Origin: a virus
Lineage: Duplodnaviria > Caudoviricetes
Virus record (IMG/VR): IMGVR_UViG_3300030104_004717
Span: 1 to 53,252 of that record
Length of the DNA stretch: 53,252 bases
Reading direction: 5' to 3' (one strand)
The position numbers and the translations under genes are program-made. A model generated the notes under the pieces. That model searched no databases. It was not told the DNA's origin and saw only the letters and a program-made list of their open reading frames with translations. Shown here in pieces: positions 47,154 to 53,252 of the stretch. The first letter of the stretch is position 1. Each line of letters opens with the position of its first letter.

Positions 47154-47393
47154 GGGGGTAATATACCAAACTCACTTTTAGAGTTTGTTAGGAATTACCC
47201 GATTTTAAGAAAAATGAAAAAATAGAATCTACTATAACAGTCTTAAAAAAAAGTAAGAAAAAAATTTGACCGTGTTTGTCTCTTTTTTAACTGTGTTAGT
47301 TTTTTGGCCGTTTTTGTATACCATTAGCCACAGAAAAGAATCTGCAAACTAGTATGCAAAATACTAAGTATCCAAGCGCTCCTAAAACCCAAA

Positions 47394-47858
47394 TCATCCT
47401 TGGGGAACTTTTCCTGGTCCACCAAAGATCGCTGGCTTCTTCTGATACTTTTTCTTATTTCTTTTAATGCCAAAAACTTTATTAGCTCGCTTCCGCTCTT
47501 CCTTCTCTTTCTTTTTCTTATCCTTTTCCAGCAGAACATCTGTTAAGCTTTTACCTTTCCTCATAGCCTTGTTTTCTTTCCTAAAGGCTTTTCCATCTTT
47601 CTTGAAAGCTTTGCTGGAGTAAAATTCTTTTGCACTTGCTTTCGCTTCTTTTGCCCAATCATATTCACCTCCGCCACGGTGAGGTGGTTCCTCTGTCATG
47701 CCTTCGTATGGATCAGGTCTTTTTGATTCTAAGCCCTTCGGATTATCTCTTCCTAAAAATCCATACTTTGGAAAAGTATCAGTGTATCCATAACTATATT
47801 TTTTTAGAGACTTAGGTGGCCCTATTTCATCTTTAAACTTTTTCTTTTTTGTATCCAT
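47394..47858 (-). CDS. Lys-rich hypothetical protein (154 aa)
   Basis: Downstream of terL; highly basic and low complexity. Confidence 0.6.
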   Translation of the reverse strand: MDTKKKKFKDEIGPPKSLKKYSYGYTDTFPKYGFLGRDNPKGLESKRPDPYEGMTEEPPHRGGGEYDWAKEAKASAKEFYSSKAFKKDGKAFRKENKAMRKGKSLTDVLLEKDKKKKEKEERKRANKVFGIKRNKKKYQKKPAIFGGPGKVPQG

Positions 47859-47903
47859 GATATTTAAATATTGGATCCCTTAGTGCTATCTATAAAGATA
47901 GAC

Positions 47904-49691
47904 TCAATTATAGTCACTCTCAACTATTTGTAGTTTTTTCTTATCCTCATACAAATCCCCTTCATTCTGCAATTCACAGGCTAAAGCGGCTGATATTACG
48001 TCATCATCATGGTTACCTGCTGAGGCGGCTGGCTTTCCAGTCTTGTCCCTTACAAAGGTTTGAAGCTGTGATGAGACTTGAGGGCAAGGAATGACAATCC
48101 CCTCTTCTTTGGCTCTTATGGCATCAGCTAAGGCGCTAATAATAATTTCCCTACTCTTTACATCTGTAGACCAGCCTATCTTTCTAAGAGTATTGCCAGT
48201 AATTGTATCATAGACACGCCTTCTCCACAGCCTAACGCCTGCGTCTTTAAGAGGACTTACCCATGCTAGACCTGAATTATTTATTTCCAGCACAACAATG
48301 CACTCCCCTGCCCACTTACTTAACAGTGCTGTCTTCACACATCCCGGAGTTGGATCGTCCTGATTATCAGGCATGGCTCTAGCTATAAGCTTCAGAGGGT
48401 GCATCACTCCTTGTTTATCCTTATGAGGACAACGCCAAAGCATAATAGAGTTTCTGTCTTGCTTACTATTCCCAGAACTCACTTCTTTTCCTGTCATTGA
48501 GTCAACGGTAATAAGATACCGTTTACCAAACTCAGGTTTTTCATCCCACATCTGAAACTCTGCATCAACTTTAGTGCATTCCTCAAAGACAACCTTGTTA
48601 TCCTTTTCAACAAGTCTGCCATTCTTTCTTTTAGGCGAAGAGATTCTCACGTTGCTTGATATATGAATGAGTCCTTCCATGTCAAACCTAGGCGAACCAG
48701 AAACAAGGAAACACCGTTCTTCACTCTCCAGAAACTCCTGCTGAAATATTTCCTCTGATCCTCCAAGTTTACCATCGATAGTAATGCGCCTCCATTTTAT
48801 ATGCTCGGCTGTGATCTTATCACCCTGCTCTGCAATGATGCGCTTTTCCTCCATTGTTAGACTCGATGTTATCGCTTCATATTCCTTTTGAGTATGAATC
48901 TCCATTTTATATTCAGGCACATCGTACCAACCAGTAACTATCTTAATCATTCCATTACCTCTCTTTCCTCTTTTCCATTCCTCTAAAGAAACAGCCCCTT
49001 CCTGAGAACCTCCGCTGGAAGCATCAGGATCCCCTGTAATGAGTTTAGAAAAATAGTTCACTCCGTCAGGTGTTGATTCATCAACTCCAAAAGTTTCAGG
49101 AGCATCCGCTAGACCAGCTTTAAGCTGAGGCATAATAATGCTCGCATCTTTAGCCGCTCCCTGTTTTCCGAACTTTGCCGTTTCACTGCTTCCAACGACT
49201 GTCCACGTTCCTCCAACTCCAGGTGCTTTGGATTCCGCCGAGGACGTGTAGCGCACAGATCGGTTATCTGATTCAGCTCTGCGGTCAAAGAGTTCAAACT
49301 TATTGCCCCATGGAAAAGGATCAAACTCTGCATACGTTTGTATCATGTTGCGGTGATAGGAGTTGGTTGCATTTGTGTCCGTGACCCAGATAGCTCTAGT
49401 CAGCCTTGTTCTCATCCACCAATAAACAATCCAATTCAACGCTGTTGAGGATCCTGCCTGTCTTGGTTTTAAAACAAGCAACCGTAATGGCTGCCCTGTA
49501 ATTAAAAAATATTCAACTGCATCAAATATCTGTTCCTGTAAATAAGTAGGAGTTGGCGCAATTATGTTGCCCTGCTTGTCGATAATTTTAGCAAACCCTT
49601 TAAAAGCTTTTTTAACGTCATGGTGTTCGAAGTCAGCTTTACCTTTGTCAGTAATGACTTTGGGCTTCTTTTCAGCGCTTATAATATCCAT
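47904..49691 (-). CDS. terL: Terminase large subunit
   Basis: Walker A LKPRQAGSST, SETAKF (Walker B region), ESTPDG, and nuclease residues ITVDS, LEINNSG and NHDDDVIS. Confidence 0.92.
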   Translation of the reverse strand: MDIISAEKKPKVITDKGKADFEHHDVKKAFKGFAKIIDKQGNIIAPTPTYLQEQIFDAVEYFLITGQPLRLLVLKPRQAGSSTALNWIVYWWMRTRLTRAIWVTDTNATNSYHRNMIQTYAEFDPFPWGNKFELFDRRAESDNRSVRYTSSAESKAPGVGGTWTVVGSSETAKFGKQGAAKDASIIMPQLKAGLADAPETFGVDESTPDGVNYFSKLITGDPDASSGGSQEGAVSLEEWKRGKRGNGMIKIVTGWYDVPEYKMEIHTQKEYEAITSSLTMEEKRIIAEQGDKITAEHIKWRRITIDGKLGGSEEIFQQEFLESEERCFLVSGSPRFDMEGLIHISSNVRISSPKRKNGRLVEKDNKVVFEECTKVDAEFQMWDEKPEFGKRYLITVDSMTGKEVSSGNSKQDRNSIMLWRCPHKDKQGVMHPLKLIARAMPDNQDDPTPGCVKTALLSKWAGECIVVLEINNSGLAWVSPLKDAGVRLWRRRVYDTITGNTLRKIGWSTDVKSREIIISALADAIRAKEEGIVIPCPQVSSQLQTFVRDKTGKPAASAGNHDDDVISAALACELQNEGDLYEDKKKLQIVESDYN

Positions 49692-49746
49692 AGTGAGTCT
49701 TAAAATAAAGGTTGAGTCTTAATTTGCACGAGTTTATTTTTAGCTT

Positions 49747-50706
49747 ATGTTTAATAACGAATCAGCGGGAGCTGAACAAAGTAGTGACTCTGCGGGAGCA
49801 GAAGTCGGAACAGATTTAGATATTCAAGTTAACGAGGATGGCTCGGTTGATGTTTTTGATGCGGGAGCATCAGAAGAAGCCCAGACCAACCCTGAACAAC
49901 TTGATGAGAATGGAGAATTAGATTCCCGAACTCAGGGAATACTAGACTCTGGTAGGACACGAATCAAGAACCTACCTGAAGCCGACCGTTTGGTAGTCGC
50001 CTATGCCTCAGCGCACAATATATCTTTGTCAGATGCGCAGTCGCAACTTGGAGGCAATCAACAACAGGTTCAGGCGGATTCAGTTCAGGATGCCCCATCT
50101 TCCAGCGCAGAGGAAGCTCTTGATGGCATCAATACGCAAATTTCTGATCTTGATAGCAAGATAGGAGAATTGCGAGCGGAGGGTGAGCTTGAGCAAGCAG
50201 ATGCTTTACTGCAACAGCGTTTTGATTTGCAGGAGCAAAAGATCAACGCTCAGATGGACATTCGTGAAGCCCAACAAACTGCCTCGGCTGAAGAACAGCA
50301 ACAGTTTACAAGTAGTTGGGATAATGCCGCTGACAAGGCATTGGATCTTTACCCAGATTTAGAGGACGAGAATAGTGAATTATTTATTACGGTACAAAAT
50401 AAATATGATGCACTTAAAGCCGCTAACGATCCATCTCTACAAAATGCCGATTGGCCGTTTCAGGCCGCCGCAGTGGTAGCCGCTGAGCTTGGAATACCAA
50501 GCAAGAATGCCCAGCCTGCACAGCAACCTGATAGTCCTTTCGGTAATCGCAAACGTCCCACTAACGCAACTCCTACGAGTGGTAGCCGAACTGCAAGCGG
50601 CGCACCACCGATGGGGATGCCGGGGGCGGTTGACCTTTCCAAAATGAGTGCAGACCAAGGATTAGAACTTCTTAAGAAGATCGGTCGAGGGATGCACGGA
50701 GAATAA
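49747..50706 (+). CDS. Capsid scaffolding protein
   Basis: Acidic, coiled-coil, Pro-rich C-terminus; immediately upstream of the major capsid gene. Confidence 0.75.
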   Translation: MFNNESAGAEQSSDSAGAEVGTDLDIQVNEDGSVDVFDAGASEEAQTNPEQLDENGELDSRTQGILDSGRTRIKNLPEADRLVVAYASAHNISLSDAQSQLGGNQQQVQADSVQDAPSSSAEEALDGINTQISDLDSKIGELRAEGELEQADALLQQRFDLQEQKINAQMDIREAQQTASAEEQQQFTSSWDNAADKALDLYPDLEDENSELFITVQNKYDALKAANDPSLQNADWPFQAAAVVAAELGIPSKNAQPAQQPDSPFGNRKRPTNATPTSGSRTASGAPPMGMPGAVDLSKMSADQGLELLKKIGRGMHGE

Positions 50707-50785
50707 TCACAGCCTGTAGCATTGGCAATCAGTCATTGCCTAGGGGCTGTAACAAGAACCCAACAAACAAACAATATAAAAGAAA

Positions 50786-52264
50786 ATGGCTGATATAAGT
50801 CCAACTAATACAACTAATACATTTGCTGATGTAGCAAATGCTAGAGCAAAAGTCTGGAAGGAAACTTTCAAGAAATTTGCATCAACTGCTGACGTTCTTT
50901 CCCCTCTAGAAGGGCCAGAAGGATCGGGAGCAAGTATCTCAGTCCGAAACGACATTAAAGGTCGTAGAGGTGATCGTATCGAATTTACTGCAAGTTCCGA
51001 ATTAGGCGCTTTCGGTGTTCTCGGTGAAGGAATGCTTAAAGGCAACGAAGAGGATCTTAAGTTCTCAGGCACAACTGCTATTCTTGAATTTAAGAGACAC
51101 GCAACAGCTCTTACTGCAAGCCTTAAAAAGAAAATGGCTGGAGGTCATACTCTTGAGTCACTTGCCGCTGAGGTTCTAGGTAACCACTTCGGACAGTGGA
51201 AACAGAGAGACGCTCTCAGAAGGCTCATCGATGGAGTTATAGGGACTGGTGATAGCGCTGTAGCTGACGGAGCAGCTCTTCCAAGCGGTGGAGTTTTCGG
51301 AGGTGACGCTACAACTATAGCTAGTCTAGCGACTGACAAAACTGATGACTTCGGAATCAACTCTATTGTTGATCTGACAACACAAGCCGCATGGTTAGGC
51401 ATAGATCCTGCAAGAATCAGCCGTAATGGTTACCCTTCCTCACAGGATACACACCACCACTGCTTGTTAGCCGACAACCAGATGCTAAGACCTTTGTTTA
51501 AGCAGACGCAGTTTCAGAACAATCTTTCAAGTGGTGATCTTAGAGGGGCTACAAACCCACTCTTCACAGGTGATCTTAAGGAGTTTGACGGAACTAAGAT
51601 TCTCAACATCAGAGGAGCTTACGGTGACTTGAATGGAACTATTGGTTCCCCTCTTACACCAGTCGCAAGACTTAAGGCTACTACAGGTGGTCAAACTGAC
51701 ATGACAGGTAAGTTCTTATGCGGAGCGCAGTCTAGCAGAAATACTGCATCAGGAGCGGCTGGAGCAACAGCGGATCCAAATTATTTCGCTGACTTCCGAG
51801 GACATCAGTACAAGTACACTGAAGCTGATACCTTTAGTGCTGACGCTAACGATTACTATGCGAAGGTAATTAACCCTGATGGTTCGAGCGCAATCATTTG
51901 CTATGACGGCTCTATCGGTGCTGCAAATACTGGGTCAGGTAATCATGGAACTCACATCAAGATTAAGTCTTCCGCATCTAACGGTCTTACTGGTGGAGCG
52001 GCGGCTAAAGACATTGCAACTGGAGCGCTTGCGTTCCCATGTAATGCCAACGGTGTTATCTTTGGTTATGCTATCCTCATGGGAGCTGATGCTGTAATTC
52101 GTGCATACGGTGAAGACATGAGAATGACTGACGACAAAGATGACTACGGCTTCCGCCACGGCATCGGTTACCAAGCAATGTTTGGTGATAGCGTTTGGAA
52201 GGATCGTAACGACCGTGTGCGTAACTACGCACTTGGAGTTTACTCCTACAATCCAATAGCATAA
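50786..52264 (+). CDS. Major capsid protein (N4-gp56/DUF4043-like)
   Basis: DIKGRRGDRIEF...GVLGEGMLKGNEEDL...RHA, NPLFTGDL..FDG and DDYGFRHGIG motifs. Confidence 0.85.
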   Translation: MADISPTNTTNTFADVANARAKVWKETFKKFASTADVLSPLEGPEGSGASISVRNDIKGRRGDRIEFTASSELGAFGVLGEGMLKGNEEDLKFSGTTAILEFKRHATALTASLKKKMAGGHTLESLAAEVLGNHFGQWKQRDALRRLIDGVIGTGDSAVADGAALPSGGVFGGDATTIASLATDKTDDFGINSIVDLTTQAAWLGIDPARISRNGYPSSQDTHHHCLLADNQMLRPLFKQTQFQNNLSSGDLRGATNPLFTGDLKEFDGTKILNIRGAYGDLNGTIGSPLTPVARLKATTGGQTDMTGKFLCGAQSSRNTASGAAGATADPNYFADFRGHQYKYTEADTFSADANDYYAKVINPDGSSAIICYDGSIGAANTGSGNHGTHIKIKSSASNGLTGGAAAKDIATGALAFPCNANGVIFGYAILMGADAVIRAYGEDMRMTDDKDDYGFRHGIGYQAMFGDSVWKDRNDRVRNYALGVYSYNPIA

Positions 52265-52270
52265 CAATAA

Positions 52271-52331
52271 TTCCCTAGTGCCAATGGTGGGGGTGGTCTT
52301 AGGACTGCTCCTGCCTCGGCGCTATCGGGGA
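52271..52331 (+). other. Long G-U-rich RNA hairpin directly after the capsid gene
   Basis: GGTGGGGGTGGTC-TTAG-GACTGCTCCTGCC (13 pairs, 5 G-U) extended by TAGTGCC/GGCGCTA and TTCCC/GGGGA; no T tail. Confidence 0.7.
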
Positions 52332-52357
52332 TACAAAACAAAGAAAAGCACTAGAGA

Positions 52358-52855
52358 ATGACTTCAAAAAAAAGCACTAAGAAAAAAACCACGAAAACAA
52401 AAGTTGTTTCAGTTGGTTTACAACGGGATAAAAATTTAGAGGTATCTAAGGTTGTCGTCTATGTTCAAGGAAGCGACCGTTACCCCATTCACTGGGATGG
52501 ACTTAATGATAAGTTTTATAACTTTACTTATGATCCTGTCTATAAAAAGCATACTATAGAGTTTAATTCTATTGCAGAGTATGAAGCTGAAAGAGAAGAT
52601 TTAATACACTCAGCTAACGGTAGAGCTATTGGGCATTTTGGTTTTCAAGTTCACATTGTAACGGTTGCCCAGCAGGAGGAGATTGACAGGAAACGTAAAG
52701 CCCATGAAAAACGCATGGAGGAAAAGTCACGACTCATGGCAAAAGCTCAGGAGGAAGTTCAAGAAGAAGTAGATGAGGCTGAGAAGCAGTTAGAAGAAGC
52801 TCGTGAGAAATTAGGAGCCGTACAATTAAAATCAACAAGCCTTAATATCGGATGA
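52358..52855 (+). CDS. Hypothetical protein (165 aa) with C-terminal coiled coil
   Basis: Between the capsid and adaptor-like genes; ATGA overlap downstream. Confidence 0.65.
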   Translation: MTSKKSTKKKTTKTKVVSVGLQRDKNLEVSKVVVYVQGSDRYPIHWDGLNDKFYNFTYDPVYKKHTIEFNSIAEYEAEREDLIHSANGRAIGHFGFQVHIVTVAQQEEIDRKRKAHEKRMEEKSRLMAKAQEEVQEEVDEAEKQLEEAREKLGAVQLKSTSLNIG

Positions 52856-53252
52856 CCAGAGCAGATGTAGTACAACGCCTATGGGACTTTATTAATTCGG
52901 CTCCTGCCAAAAATGGCGCTGGAGCTACTATCATTAACGCAGAGGCACGTTCTATACTGGAAGCCTGCAATGCCGCTATTCAGGAAATTGCTCACTACGC
53001 TCCGAGAGACTTTTTTAAACAGACTCGATCCGCCGTACTCAAAGCTCCAATATCCGCAACTATTGACGTAACTGAAGATGATAAAACTTTTGAGAATCTG
53101 AGACTGGGGTCAGCCCAAGGAACAGGATCTAGCAATGGTTCTAGTGATCTGACTTGCAGTAATCATGGTTTAGCGGTGGGAGACTTTGTAAAGTTTTATG
53201 GAACCTTGCCAACAGCCATAGCGGCTGGATACAGTTATTATGTACATACTGT
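52852..53252 (+). CDS. Partial head-tail adaptor/structural protein, runs off the window
   Basis: MTRADVVQRLWDFIN...LEACNAAIQEIA N-terminus is adaptor-like, followed by NHGLAVGDFVKF...YYV beta module; no stop before the window end. Confidence 0.6.
   Translation, partial: MTRADVVQRLWDFINSAPAKNGAGATIINAEARSILEACNAAIQEIAHYAPRDFFKQTRSAVLKAPISATIDVTEDDKTFENLRLGSAQGTGSSNGSSDLTCSNHGLAVGDFVKFYGTLPTAIAAGYSYYVHT

Noticed and set aside
1-53252. Terminal repeat proving a complete circular genome
   Set aside because: Both ends fall inside plus-strand ORFs and could join, but I saw no sequence overlap between the ends, so completeness is not established.

Overview
The window looks like most or all of the genome of a temperate tailed dsDNA phage in its free (non-integrated) form; no host genes are visible. 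Recognisable modules: (1) an integration module with a tyrosine integrase and an intact attP whose core is the 3' end of a tRNA (Glu/Asp type); (2) replication genes (initiator with iteron-like repeats, DnaB helicase, nucleases); (3) an array of small unknown ORFs at about 8.0-12.3 kb joined by conserved junction sequences; (4) a DNA methyltransferase; (5) a 1911-aa receptor-binding/fibre protein; (6) a 5246-aa polyvalent protein; (7) a Rad52/Sak-SSB recombination operon; (8) portal, lysis, terminase, scaffold and capsid genes in a divergent layout. The most notable signals read directly from the sequence: a complete type II hammerhead ribozyme inside the small-ORF array (about 8245-8304); a six-times repeated (F/Y)A(L/I)D(P/E) motif at the domain boundaries of the giant protein, just downstream of a zincin domain; a tandem pair of covarying structured RNA elements downstream of ssb (38113-38301); and an inverted-repeat operator-like motif in many intergenic regions. 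All product calls come from recognising motifs by eye; no database search was run.
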